From IMG/VR virus record IMGVR_UViG_3300025118_004856, positions 1,163 to 65,162 of that record: a DNA stretch of 64,000 nt; one strand, 5' to 3'. Below, piece after piece: positions 8,325 through 18,192 of this stretch. The position numbers and the translations under genes are program-made. Source of the DNA: a virus. Its lineage: Duplodnaviria; Caudoviricetes. Below the pieces are notes generated by a model. The model made no database searches, was not told where the DNA came from, and worked only from the letters and a program-made list of their open reading frames with translations. The first letter of the stretch is position 1. Each line of letters starts with the position of its first letter.

Positions 8325-11300
8325 TATGATAATGGATTATCTAACCCGTTTGAAACGCACCCGGCCATCCACCATGTTCCTCAATTACCTCGTCGATTTC
8401 TTTCATGATGCGGATAGTTTCGTTTAAGGCAACAACTATTTTCTGGTAGTGATTGAGATCTTCCTCGGTTAAAACACGTCCTGGGTTGCCTTTTTTTGGG
8501 CCACGATCTTTGAGCCATTTGTGACAAACCTGGTATCCTCCTATTTCGAAATCCCATATTTCTTGTTTGACACACTTAAAATGATCCACAGAATTAATTA
8601 AAATTTGTTTTTTTATGGAATCATACTTTGGGTAGCCATTTGCTACCTCGCTGTTAATTGCTCCCACATAAATCGCAATCTTTTGTCTAAAAGGATTAAT
8701 TTTGGTGATACCAGAAGCATTCCAGGGCGCATCTTTATAGTTTTCATCGAGAAGATGAAAAGCAACAAGTTCGGCACCTTTAGCCACAAGAGCCCATTTA
8801 AGATCACTTGAACCTGAAATAGGAATTCCAGGATATGTATCCATCAATGCTTGACCATATTTCTCGCGATAAGTTGGGGAATATAATATAGAGTATATAT
8901 AGTAAAAAGCAGCATACGGTGCTATCCATTGTTTATTACTATTCTTAAAGTGTTTTAGGAACGATGGGTCAATATTTGGCATAGGCTTATCATCTGTAGG
9001 TACATTAATCCAAAGGGGGAACATTTGTGTAGATCGATCATGAGAACAGCATTTTTTTTCCCCAGTCCTTCTTGAAACCAGTGCATGTGTAAATAGTTTT
9101 GTTGTTTTTACATGAGGCGTCATTAATACTAGGTTTTCCACACTAAGAATGCTCTCTGTAATTGGTCTAGCTGGAGCATCAAGTATATGAGGTTCGTAGT
9201 AAATGAGACGATAGTCAAAAGGACGATATAATATCGAATGAATTTTATCATCCGAAGTTCCATCATGGAGTAGTCTTCTTTTCGACTTCTCAACATCCCA
9301 CTTTTTTTTAACAGAATACCCAAGTTCCTCCTCTAAAGAGTTGTCTCCTCTGTCCAGTTTAGAGAATCTACTAATTTTGCTTCGAAGTGTCTGCCTATCA
9401 TGATCAATAACCAAACTGTCTCGCGAAGTGATAATGCAGCAGCTATTAATTCGCATTATGCTTCCCAAACCTTGCCAAACGGAGAATTCTTTTGTTGACT
9501 CTGCATCCTCAGGAATAAACTTATAAAATGGTTCTGAGGGATCCAAACTACTTTCAGGGAAATCCACCATGCTTTTATCTTCAACAGCTTTATATTTCTC
9601 TGCTCGATCTCCAAGTAGTCTGCTGTAGCTGCACCAACTCTTGTTTGAATTCATTGATATGGATAAAAACGAGATAGCAACCCCTTGGGAAATATCAAAA
9701 ATATTCTGATCTGCCTTTGCGGAAAATTCTTTTTCTGCCATATGACCACCAAGGTTTAAGAACTTCAATTTATTGAATAAATTGAGGAACGTCCATCTCA
9801 TCCCACGTAATGAACGTGAGCTAAGAAATCCAAAATTAGAAATATAAGAACCGATACCATGTCCGCTTTCGAATATGAGAGAGCTGAGTAACCCAAAAAA
9901 TTTTATGTAGTCGTCTTGTAAATTGAGTTCATGAGCTAGTGCTCCTTTCTCAATAATTCGTTTACCTGCAACATATCGAAAAGGCTTTATAAGAGAAACA
10001 GCAGCATCAGAAAGGTTAGCTGACATGACTGAATACGGAGGATTTCCTATAACCACTGTAAATCTAAGATTCCGCTTGATAGCATTCACTGCCTTCGCCT
10101 CATGCGCTAACGCAGGAATTTCAAAGACAAAGGTGTCTGAGAAATCCTGTGGTGGCTCAAGTGCGTTGGTCAGGTACACTCTCACTCGCTCTTCGCTGCC
10201 AAAGCAGTAGCCGGTCTCGTAAAGCTTGAGCCCGATCTTAAGATGTGCAATAGCGTAGGGTGCCATTAGCAGCTCGTAGCCGTACAAACGTGGCAGAAGG
10301 TACTTTGGAACGTACTCATTCCAGAGCTTATCGGTCTTCTTCTTGCTGTGGCCTTCGGCCTGCCACTTCTCGGTCATCGTTTTGTGGATGAGGTCGATCA
10401 CTTCTACTAAAAAGGTACCAGTACCAGTTGCGGGATCGAGAATCTGAACGAAGGGCTGATCCTTGGTTGCTCCCTCGGGAATATAGAGGTCGTCGTGGAG
10501 TTTGGTCATTTCGCCCCAGGTGATCGTGTCTGCAAGGCCATCTTCAAGACTGAACTTGGTGCGCAGCAGCTCGTCAACCGAGCGGACGATGAAGGAGACT
10601 ACAGGTCGGGGGGTATAAAACACTCCGCGCTGCATTCGTTTTTTGGCATCGTACTCCTTGAGGAAGAGCTCATAAAAGTGTATGACCGGGTCTTCCTGAG
10701 GGTTTCTGTCCCCAAAGTCCCGGACAATTGCTTCCATGTGAGTATTAGGGTTATTCAACAACTCCACTACCTCATTTACCCCGAGTTCGTCAAAGTCGAC
10801 GTCAGCACTAAGCTTGGTCCTATCGCTTTTTTCACCGACAGAAAGGAAAGTTTCCATCAGGTCTTTGAGGAAGGGATTTGTGATAGGAATCTGATCTAAG
10901 AAGTCATCTGCTGTGCTAGGTTTCGGGTTTGTAATTCGTGAAGAAAGCAGACCATAAGCAATAGTCTGTGCATACATATCAGCGAAACTGTCCTCATCTA
11001 AATCGTGAATAAGGGCTTTCTTAACTGCCTTCATTAGCATTCGGCGAGGACCGTTCTCTGTTTCAATGGATAGTACATCGTTGATACATGCTCGAATACT
11101 CTGTGCAAGTTTAGCAAGCCTTATGAACAAGGACTTAGACGTATTGATTACCTCTAAATGCTGCAATGTAAAAGCCGATGTCCATGTTTTTCGCCAAGTG
11201 TCTATATCATTTTCATCCTCTGGCCAAGTAAGTTTTGAGTGAAGTTCATCTGAAACATTATCAAGATGTAGAGGAGTATCTAAGTTATCCCATCCCAAAA

Positions 11301-12231
11301 CTTTTAGAGTAGGAAGAGATTTCTTGTTTACGTTTTGCGAAAAGTGCGCAAGGCTTATTCTTCGTTCTTCGCTTTCTCCATAGTTAGAGATGAAGAGTAA
11401 ATCGTTCATACTCCAAGCGGGTCTTTCTGAGACATTAGCAGAAGCACGCTTCCTAAATACAACTCGGCTAAGAATCCTCCGTAGGGCTACGACTGGGAGT
11501 CTTTTAGGCTCAAACTTGACAAAAAAGATAGCCCAAGGTGGTTGGTTAGGCACTAATGGTCTTAGACGTCTAATCTCCTTAATCTTAGCAGCATTTTTTC
11601 TATCGATTCCCAGTTCTTCAGGAGTATAGTCAAAGGTTAAGTCCTCAAAATTATCAGAACTGATAGGCCAATCGAGTTCGTCGTGGAGATACTTAATAAG
11701 TTGTGGGAACGCTCTAACATCTTTTAGCAAATCACGATGGTTTGGAGCCATTTATTACTCCTCGTTGAGTTCCATCCAGGCTTTAAGAATAGGTTTCACA
11801 TCTATAGGAGCATCAACACGTTTAAGATACGTATTTTTGATATGCTTTAGAACCTTTATCCGAATCTCTATTAGAGTTTTCTGGTCAGCAACGCACTTAC
11901 GTGGCGTGTTAGGTTTAGATCGAATACTCTGGATGATTTCGCCGGGTTCTTCGAGAATTACCCCTTTGTCAATGTCATAAAGATACCATCGGGTTGTTCC
12001 TGCCTCCTCGGTGAACTGTTCTTTTTCCTTATCCAGGGCAGGTAGGACGTAACAAAAAAAGACTCCATAAGTACCCTTAGCTGGGCGTTTCCGCCCACTG
12101 AATATGGAACCAGGAAGACCGCCAAGATACTTATCAAGATCAGGATTTTCCTTGAGCAACTTTTGATATTCAAGATGCATTCCCTCTACTGCTGTCTTCT
12201 TTCCTTCATAGGCATGGTTAAATTCTTTTTT
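8325..12231 (-). other. 3.9 kb foreign insertion of R-M DNA
   Basis: Visibly higher GC than flanks; starts mid-gene; flanks rejoin into one ORF; no transposase or inverted repeats. Confidence 0.75.
8341..11751 (-). CDS. N6-adenine DNA methyltransferase with C-terminal specificity domain (type IIG / type ISP-like)
   Basis: GVFYTP, LDPATGTGTF (motif I), IGNPPY (motif IV), C-terminal WDFEIGGYQVCHKWLKDR. Confidence 0.9.
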   Translation of the reverse strand: MAPNHRDLLKDVRAFPQLIKYLHDELDWPISSDNFEDLTFDYTPEELGIDRKNAAKIKEIRRLRPLVPNQPPWAIFFVKFEPKRLPVVALRRILSRVVFRKRASANVSERPAWSMNDLLFISNYGESEERRISLAHFSQNVNKKSLPTLKVLGWDNLDTPLHLDNVSDELHSKLTWPEDENDIDTWRKTWTSAFTLQHLEVINTSKSLFIRLAKLAQSIRACINDVLSIETENGPRRMLMKAVKKALIHDLDEDSFADMYAQTIAYGLLSSRITNPKPSTADDFLDQIPITNPFLKDLMETFLSVGEKSDRTKLSADVDFDELGVNEVVELLNNPNTHMEAIVRDFGDRNPQEDPVIHFYELFLKEYDAKKRMQRGVFYTPRPVVSFIVRSVDELLRTKFSLEDGLADTITWGEMTKLHDDLYIPEGATKDQPFVQILDPATGTGTFLVEVIDLIHKTMTEKWQAEGHSKKKTDKLWNEYVPKYLLPRLYGYELLMAPYAIAHLKIGLKLYETGYCFGSEERVRVYLTNALEPPQDFSDTFVFEIPALAHEAKAVNAIKRNLRFTVVIGNPPYSVMSANLSDAAVSLIKPFRYVAGKRIIEKGALAHELNLQDDYIKFFGLLSSLIFESGHGIGSYISNFGFLSSRSLRGMRWTFLNLFNKLKFLNLGGHMAEKEFSAKADQNIFDISQGVAISFLSISMNSNKSWCSYSRLLGDRAEKYKAVEDKSMVDFPESSLDPSEPFYKFIPEDAESTKEFSVWQGLGSIMRINSCCIITSRDSLVIDHDRQTLRSKISRFSKLDRGDNSLEEELGYSVKKKWDVEKSKRRLLHDGTSDDKIHSILYRPFDYRLIYYEPHILDAPARPITESILSVENLVLMTPHVKTTKLFTHALVSRRTGEKKCCSHDRSTQMFPLWINVPTDDKPMPNIDPSFLKHFKNSNKQWIAPYAAFYYIYSILYSPTYREKYGQALMDTYPGIPISGSSDLKWALVAKGAELVAFHLLDENYKDAPWNASGITKINPFRQKIAIYVGAINSEVANGYPKYDSIKKQILINSVDHFKCVKQEIWDFEIGGYQVCHKWLKDRGPKKGNPGRVLTEEDLNHYQKIVVALNETIRIMKEIDEVIEEHGGWPGAFQTG

Positions 12232-12261
12232 TGCTGCCTTTCTTAATTCTTGTGTATTCAT
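11755..12261 (-). pseudogene. chimeric ORF: 10 phage codons fused to C-terminal fragment of an R-M-associated (probably helicase) gene
   Basis: Composition changes after codon 10; remainder resembles, from memory, the tail of helicases that precede such MTases; stop 3 nt before MTase start. Confidence 0.55.
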
Positions 12262-12281
12262 AATTTCTCATAAATAAAAAA

Positions 12282-12550
12282 AGTAGTGGGTGCAAAAAAC
12301 AAAAAGTTCTACGCTATCAGAAAAGAACTCTCAACTGCCTTCTTCAACATATCCGACAGACACCCACTACTCAATAATGTGAGCTTACCACCTAAATTCT
12401 ATTAAAAGAATTTATGACTGCCTTATTCAATATATTCGGCAGACTCCCATTATTAAAATTGCAAGTAATGGGTGCATTAACCGTGTAAATCTTCGCTCAA
12501 AAAGACTTAACATTCCCGCTATTTCAATATATTTCACGGACACCCACTAC
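12282..12550 (-). ncRNA. three tandem ~85 nt three-way-junction RNA units (12282-12371, 12373-12454, 12465-12550)
   Basis: Each has an 11-12 bp closing stem, a short stem with conserved loop RAUAURUUGAA and a variable third hairpin; G-U pairs and compensatory changes on the minus strand. Confidence 0.7.
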
Positions 12551-12613
12551 CTGTTATTTCCTTTAAGAGAAGGCAACGCTTTTTCACATTGTTGTTTGAT
12601 TTTTCCGATTAAG

Positions 12614-12904
12614 CTAATTACTTCTACCGTAGAATACATACCATCCTTTGTTATCTTTTTCTTCTTCTACATGGCAGTTTTCCTTTAGTGCTTGTGGAGT
12701 AGATATTTCACTAAATGCTTGTACTGCGGCCACATACGCTTTATAAAAATCATCATTCAATTTCTCACTTTGAACACCATCAATCTTTAACATGAAAGCG
12801 TAACCTCCAAGACACCTATAAATTTTACAAAAACCCAAATCTATGCTTACACTACCATGTGTGCTAATCGTAATAAGGCATGGACTATTTTCTAAAATTA
12901 ACAT
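12614..12904 (-). CDS. hypothetical protein
   Basis: 96 aa ORF, co-oriented. Confidence 0.6.
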   Translation of the reverse strand: MLILENSPCLITISTHGSVSIDLGFCKIYRCLGGYAFMLKIDGVQSEKLNDDFYKAYVAAVQAFSEISTPQALKENCHVEEEKDNKGWYVFYGRSN

Positions 12905-12951
12905 TGTTTTCTCTTAATCCTTATACATATCTTTCTTTTCATTCTTATTCT

Positions 12952-13326
12952 TTATTCTTCAGTCTCTTCAGTGAATTTTCTCAAATCATTCTTAGATGGA
13001 TTAGCAAATCTTTCTCTTGCCATATCATGATACTCATTAGATAAATCAAATCCAATATAATCATGACCCAATAACTGTGCTGCTAGTCCAGTCGTACCTG
13101 AACCACTGTAGGGGTCAAGCACTAGACCAGATTCATCCAATACGCCTTGAATACATCTAGAAGGAAGTTGAATTGGGAAAGGTGCAGGATGAGGATTCTT
13201 CATCTCAGGTCCAAACTTCCATACACTTGTATAATTAACTGACCTTCTAGTATGATCATACTTTTTTAAATAGGTTCTTAGCCTGTTATCTAAGGCTAAA
13301 TTTCTTGATGTTAATAAACTTTGCAT
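12952..13326 (-). pseudogene. C-terminal fragment of a beta-class N4/N6 DNA methyltransferase fused to unrelated sequence
   Basis: SVW...HPAPFP, VLDPYSGSGTT (motif I), YIGFD; catalytic (S/D)PPY half absent. Confidence 0.8.
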
Positions 13327-13502
13327 ACGGCTAATATTGTCCTTTGAATACCTATCTTGATTCTCATAAAAAGTTCTCCGTTAACCTTACCAAAAGCAAA
13401 CTGACTACCATCTATCTTTTCCGTAATTTCTACTTCATCATCAAAAATGTTAGAAATGTAGTCTGTACCAATTGCAAATATTTTTGGAAATGCATTAATC
13501 AT
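13311..13502 (-). pseudogene. truncated RNA ligase (Rnl2-like nucleotidyltransferase), N-terminus only
   Basis: FPKI...ITEKIDGSQF (KxDG motif I); similarity lost after ELFMR (~13362). Confidence 0.75.
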
Positions 13503-14466
13503 TTTTATTCTCCTTATACCAATCTATAGTTTTCCTCATACCATCATAAATATTATTCCAAGAACGATATCCTAAAAGTTTATAAATTTTATCCATATTT
13601 AACAATCTCTTTTTAACTGTTGATGGTTTACCTTTTGAGTGTTTAATGTTTTTCTTTTTCACACCCATCATATCTAATATCTTATTAACACTGAAACCCT
13701 CTCCATAACCTACATTAAAAATATCAAACTTGTCTACCTTTTCCGTTAATGCTAAAACATCTCTTACAAAATCATCTACATAAATAAAATCCCTTACATC
13801 CTCACCATCTCCCCACACTTCAAACGGATTCTGACCATCGCAATATTTTTTAATCAATGCAGCCATTACATGGGAAGTATCAGGATTGAAGTCATCATAA
13901 GGACCATATACATTACTCGGTCTAACAATTAAACACTGCATAGGATTTTTTACTTTTGTGGAATAAAACTCACACAGCTTTTCTACATACCGTTTCATGT
14001 GAGCCACTCCAAAATAACAATCTGGAGGATCAGACAAATAACCTTCTGCTTCTAAAAAGCTTCTATCATTATTAATTACCAACTCTGGATAAACAGCACC
14101 ACTACTTATAAATACAAACTTTTTTACCCCAGCTTTATGAGCTGCATCCAGAAGATAAGTATTCATAACTGTATTATCAGTTACCAAAGCTGCAGGATTC
14201 TCATTCATAAACTTTGCACCATGCGTCACAGCTGCACAATGTATAATTATATCCATTTCTTCGACTACATCTTCACAATCTCTTTTTTTAGTTAAATCTC
14301 TATACATAAGAAATGCTTTGATAGTTGGATCTTGTAAAACATTGTTGTTAATAACACAATATAAATCACAACCCATTAACTGTTCCAATTTTAAAAGCAC
14401 ATTAGTTCCGATAAAGCCACTTGCTCCTGTTACCAATACTTTTTTACCTTTAAAATAATCACTCAT
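13495..14466 (-). CDS. NAD-dependent epimerase/reductase, GDP-fucose synthase-like
   Basis: GASGFIG, YxxxxK region, RPSNVYGPYDDF, SHVMAALI, VWGDGEDVRDFIYVDD. Confidence 0.88.
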   Translation of the reverse strand: MSDYFKGKKVLVTGASGFIGTNVLLKLEQLMGCDLYCVINNNVLQDPTIKAFLMYRDLTKKRDCEDVVEEMDIIIHCAAVTHGAKFMNENPAALVTDNTVMNTYLLDAAHKAGVKKFVFISSGAVYPELVINNDRSFLEAEGYLSDPPDCYFGVAHMKRYVEKLCEFYSTKVKNPMQCLIVRPSNVYGPYDDFNPDTSHVMAALIKKYCDGQNPFEVWGDGEDVRDFIYVDDFVRDVLALTEKVDKFDIFNVGYGEGFSVNKILDMMGVKKKNIKHSKGKPSTVKKRLLNMDKIYKLLGYRSWNNIYDGMRKTIDWYKENKND

Positions 14467-14732
14467 TTCTGTTCACCCCAAATATTTTTTGTAACCCAAT
14501 CACACCACTTCACAACTATCTCTTTATCAAGCCCAGTAGCTTCATCAATCATTTTTTCTATTGGTGACCGATTAACTAAAACTGCAATATCAATCCCAGT
14601 ATCTTCTTTAAATGCTTTTGTTATTCCTTCTACCCCAGAAGACGCTGATACACAGCTCAACCAAGCCTCTGTCATAATATTATCTCCATACGGAATTGAC
14701 TTCATACCTTTAACTGGTTTTTTCATTTTCAC
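14463..14732 (-). CDS. hypothetical protein
   Basis: 89 aa ORF overlapping both neighbours. Confidence 0.65.
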   Translation of the reverse strand: MKMKKPVKGMKSIPYGDNIMTEAWLSCVSASSGVEGITKAFKEDTGIDIAVLVNRSPIEKMIDEATGLDKEIVVKWCDWVTKNIWGEQK

Positions 14733-15261
14733 ACCATTCTATATTATCATCTCGTTTAGATAAAATTATTTCTTCTTTCCTAACTGGCCATCTTATATTA
14801 AATAAAGGTTCATCAAACCTATAAGTAAACTGCATCTCCTTACCTTCATAATAAGACGATTGTTTATAATGAAATATAGCTGTATCACTCATAACTAAAT
14901 GAGCATTTCCATAACACGGAGGTATTAATATCTGCTCCCTTCTTTTTTCAGATAGCATAAAACCTTCCCAAAACCCAAATTTATCAGATGTTTCATCACA
15001 ATTCACAACTACTAAATAAAATTCCCCATACAAACAAGATACTAATTTCCATGTTTTGTTATCCCCATGGATTCCTCGTAAGACATTTTTTCTTGAAACT
15101 GATATATCATCCTGAACAAAATTATCAAAATCTACTAAATATCCTAACTTGCCACCGTATCGCTGCCTATTATAAATTTCTATATATTCACCTCTATGAT
15201 CTATAAAAGGATCAAGTAATATTCTTTTTACTCCATCAAGTGTTGTGTCTTCTACTTTCAT
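14710..15261 (-). CDS. RmlC-like NDP-sugar 3,5-epimerase
   Basis: DHRG, FVQDDISVS, VLRGIH, GNAH cupin motifs. Confidence 0.9.
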   Translation of the reverse strand: MKVEDTTLDGVKRILLDPFIDHRGEYIEIYNRQRYGGKLGYLVDFDNFVQDDISVSRKNVLRGIHGDNKTWKLVSCLYGEFYLVVVNCDETSDKFGFWEGFMLSEKRREQILIPPCYGNAHLVMSDTAIFHYKQSSYYEGKEMQFTYRFDEPLFNIRWPVRKEEIILSKRDDNIEWCENEKTS

Positions 15262-16316
15262 CTAAAATAATTTTTCCTCAATTTGTATTCGTTTTGATTT
15301 TCCATATACCAATTCCAAGTCTTTTCTAATCCTAACTTTAACGAAGTTAAAAAGTTATACCCCAATTCGTGCCTTGCTAAAGAAATATCTAAAACTCTTT
15401 TTGAAGGTTTTGATTTCTCTTCACTAAAATTATACTCAAAACCGATAATATCTTTTAAAGTTTCTACTAATTCTTTTATACTTATCCCTTCACCTCCACC
15501 GAGATTATAAAATGGTAAAGTATAATCAGTCATTAATGCCAAAATAATCCCTTGTGCGATATCTTCACTATAGCAAAAATCCCTTATAGCAGTGCCGTCA
15601 CCTAAAACTATTATTGGAGGATGAGTAAGATTATTTTCCTCTTTATATTTTAATATTTTAGACATTAATGACGGAATTACCATTGCATTATCAGCATCAA
15701 AGTTATCTCCTTCACCATATACATTACCAAGTCTTACAAACTTATAATCTACTAACCCATGTTGAATTTTGTAAGTCATTATCTGATGCTCTCCCATTCT
15801 CTTAGCCCACCCAGGATACTCGTCCATAGGTGGCAAAGGAGTATCATCACTCTCTTTAAAAACTTCTAATGGCTTATACAAATCATATCCTTCAAGTTGA
15901 TCTATTATCTTAAAAGCTGGATAAGCACCTATACTGCTTGTATAAATTAATTTCTCTACATTTGCTCTCCTACTCGCTTCAAGTACATTAGTGTTCATTT
16001 GAAGTAAAGGTACAAAGAAAGATGCTGGTTTTTCTTTCGTTACCTTTGGGCTTCCTTTTATACCAGCAGTATGAAATACATAATGAATATTGTGCTGTTT
16101 TAACAATTCGTAGAAACCACTAAAATCTGATAAATCTCCATATCTATAAATTACTTTTTTGTTCAAATTTTGAATCTTATCTAATGACACTGATACTACA
16201 TGAGCAGAGGTATTCTCAACTAACAAATCACAAATTTTTCGTCCGATCATTCCGGTTCCACCTGTAATTAATACATTTTTCTTATTAAACTTTTCCCAAA
16301 TTTCTTTTTTTATCAT
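15258..16316 (-). CDS. NAD-dependent epimerase/reductase, GDP-fucose synthase-like
   Basis: GGTGMIG, SSIGAYP, GWAKR, NVYGEGDNF, GDGTAIRDF. Confidence 0.88.
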   Translation of the reverse strand: MIKKEIWEKFNKKNVLITGGTGMIGRKICDLLVENTSAHVVSVSLDKIQNLNKKVIYRYGDLSDFSGFYELLKQHNIHYVFHTAGIKGSPKVTKEKPASFFVPLLQMNTNVLEASRRANVEKLIYTSSIGAYPAFKIIDQLEGYDLYKPLEVFKESDDTPLPPMDEYPGWAKRMGEHQIMTYKIQHGLVDYKFVRLGNVYGEGDNFDADNAMVIPSLMSKILKYKEENNLTHPPIIVLGDGTAIRDFCYSEDIAQGIILALMTDYTLPFYNLGGGEGISIKELVETLKDIIGFEYNFSEEKSKPSKRVLDISLARHELGYNFLTSLKLGLEKTWNWYMENQNEYKLRKNYFR

Positions 16317-16466
16317 ACAACCTCTCTTAAAATATCCATACCAGCAAAGCTATCACACCAACAAAAGGTAAACTAATAATAGATAATATTGATAAACAAA
16401 CTAATATTATAAATAATACAATACCAACAACCATTCCAATCTCTAACAATGTTTCAAAAAAATAAT

Positions 16467-17201
16467 TCATATAGATACACTCTCCCCTCCATCTACAACT
16501 ATATTTGCACCATTAATATAACTTGCTTCATCTGAACACAAAAACCTTACTACATTCGCTACATCTTCTGGCTTACCAATTCTTCCCATAGGTGTATTTT
16601 TTATTATGTCTTTAAATTCGTCTGTATCTTTATTTTTTTCATAACTATAACCACAAGAAATATGTCCGGGCAAAATTGTATTGAATGTAACTCCTTTACT
16701 CACACATCTTTTTCTTGACATACTTTTCATATAAGCAATTTGTGCTGATTTTGCTGCAGTAAAATACTTATTCTTAAAAGCTTCCTTACCGTAAATAGAC
16801 GCAATAGCAATAACTCTACCCCACTTCTTCGCACACATACGCTCTAAATACTGCTCAGTAAAAAACACACTAAGGCCATAATTCTTTTCCATGACCTCCA
16901 TATAGTTTGTCCACGAACCTCCTCCACCAACATTGTTAACTAAAATATCAATATGTTCAATACTATCTCTAAACACCCACCTATTGTCTCTATACATAAT
17001 ATTTAACGTACGAACTTGATGACAAATATCAGGTTTCTTATAATTAATATCTAACTCGTCATGTAAAGTTCTAACTTCATTTTTATCCCTACCAAAAGTA
17101 ATTATTCTACATCCCTCTTTGGCAAGAGCAATACATACCGCTCTTCCGATACCTTTTGTACCGCCAGTTACTAATGCTGTTTTATTTTTAAGATTTGACA
17201 T
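16467..17201 (-). CDS. SDR family oxidoreductase (FabG-like)
   Basis: TGGTKGIG, LVNNVG, PMGRIGKPEDVA, VDGG. Confidence 0.9.
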   Translation of the reverse strand: MSNLKNKTALVTGGTKGIGRAVCIALAKEGCRIITFGRDKNEVRTLHDELDINYKKPDICHQVRTLNIMYRDNRWVFRDSIEHIDILVNNVGGGGSWTNYMEVMEKNYGLSVFFTEQYLERMCAKKWGRVIAIASIYGKEAFKNKYFTAAKSAQIAYMKSMSRKRCVSKGVTFNTILPGHISCGYSYEKNKDTDEFKDIIKNTPMGRIGKPEDVANVVRFLCSDEASYINGANIVVDGGESVSI

Positions 17202-18192
17202 CGCTTCTTATTTGTAGTGCCTCCCCAGTATTTTTTAAAAAGAATTGATTATCTGTTTTATAATTATTCAAATTTGCATTTATATGATGATGAAGTTTAA
17301 CCAACCTGTTGTAACCGAAACTATCACACATATCTCTTATATCATTTCTTATAACTTCTGTATCTCCTTTTTCTATACAAAGTCTTTCTAATATTGCATA
17401 AGTATAAGACAATTTCTCGTAACAAAAAGCTATTGCTGCCTGTTTAATAAGTTTTAAATCATCACTTTCTTCAAACATTGAATCTACTGTTCTCATCCAC
17501 AATGCTTCACCTACTGTTAAAAACCCACCTCCTGCTGCAGGACCAGGATGCCATCTTTGTAATCCATAAAGATCAGCTAGCCTTATATTATTTGCTTCAT
17601 AGTATTCAGTTTGATCTGAAAATAAAGCCTGTCCTTTGTATATTTCATAAAATTCTACTTCTGTAAATAAAGCACCTACATCTTTAATATAATCTCCCAT
17701 TCCTTTTATAACTTCCAATTCCATACCTTGCACATCAGCTACTATTAAATCAGGTGTTACTCCTTCTTTATCTATAAATTCTTTTAATGTTATCGCATCT
17801 AACTCAACTACCTTATCAAGCTCAGTATTCTCACCCCACGTAGTAATTTTCCTATCAGTAGTAAAAGGTACTATATGTTCATTTATTGTTTTTTCACTTG
17901 GTGGTAATAAGGAACTGCTTGGAGTTTGTTTATTCAAATAAAACTTTTGCAAACCACTTTTACCTGACACAGCCCTGTTGATTACTACAACTCTAACCCC
18001 TAAATTCAAATACTGTTGATATGCTTTCTTATCATAATCTCCAAACTCCCTTGCTTCAAAAGCATAGATAACTGTCCTATATGGAAATTTAGTAACCACA
18101 GAGTCAATAGCAGCACTACCACCTGCTCCAGCACCTATAACAAATAATACTATATCTTTGTCTTCTACTTCAAAATCAGTTATTGATTTCAT
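17188..18192 (-). CDS. FkbM family methyltransferase
   Basis: VIGAG, YAFEA, SSSLLPP, DVQGMELEVIKG, TEVEF. Confidence 0.85.
   Translation of the reverse strand: MKSITDFEVEDKDIVLFVIGAGAGGSAAIDSVVTKFPYRTVIYAFEAREFGDYDKKAYQQYLNLGVRVVVINRAVSGKSGLQKFYLNKQTPSSSLLPPSEKTINEHIVPFTTDRKITTWGENTELDKVVELDAITLKEFIDKEGVTPDLIVADVQGMELEVIKGMGDYIKDVGALFTEVEFYEIYKGQALFSDQTEYYEANNIRLADLYGLQRWHPGPAAGGGFLTVGEALWMRTVDSMFEESDDLKLIKQAAIAFCYEKLSYTYAILERLCIEKGDTEVIRNDIRDMCDSFGYNRLVKLHHHINANLNNYKTDNQFFLKNTGEALQIRSDVKS

Noticed and set aside
8325-12231. Transposon, integron cassette or intron
   Set aside because: No transposase or integrase, terminal inverted repeats, convincing target duplication, attC or intron core; it begins mid-gene.
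12282-12550. CRISPR mini-array, purine riboswitch or hammerhead ribozyme
   Set aside because: Units are diverged self-complementary folds, not identical repeats with spacers; the purine riboswitch junction and the hammerhead CUGAUGA/GAAA core are not in place.
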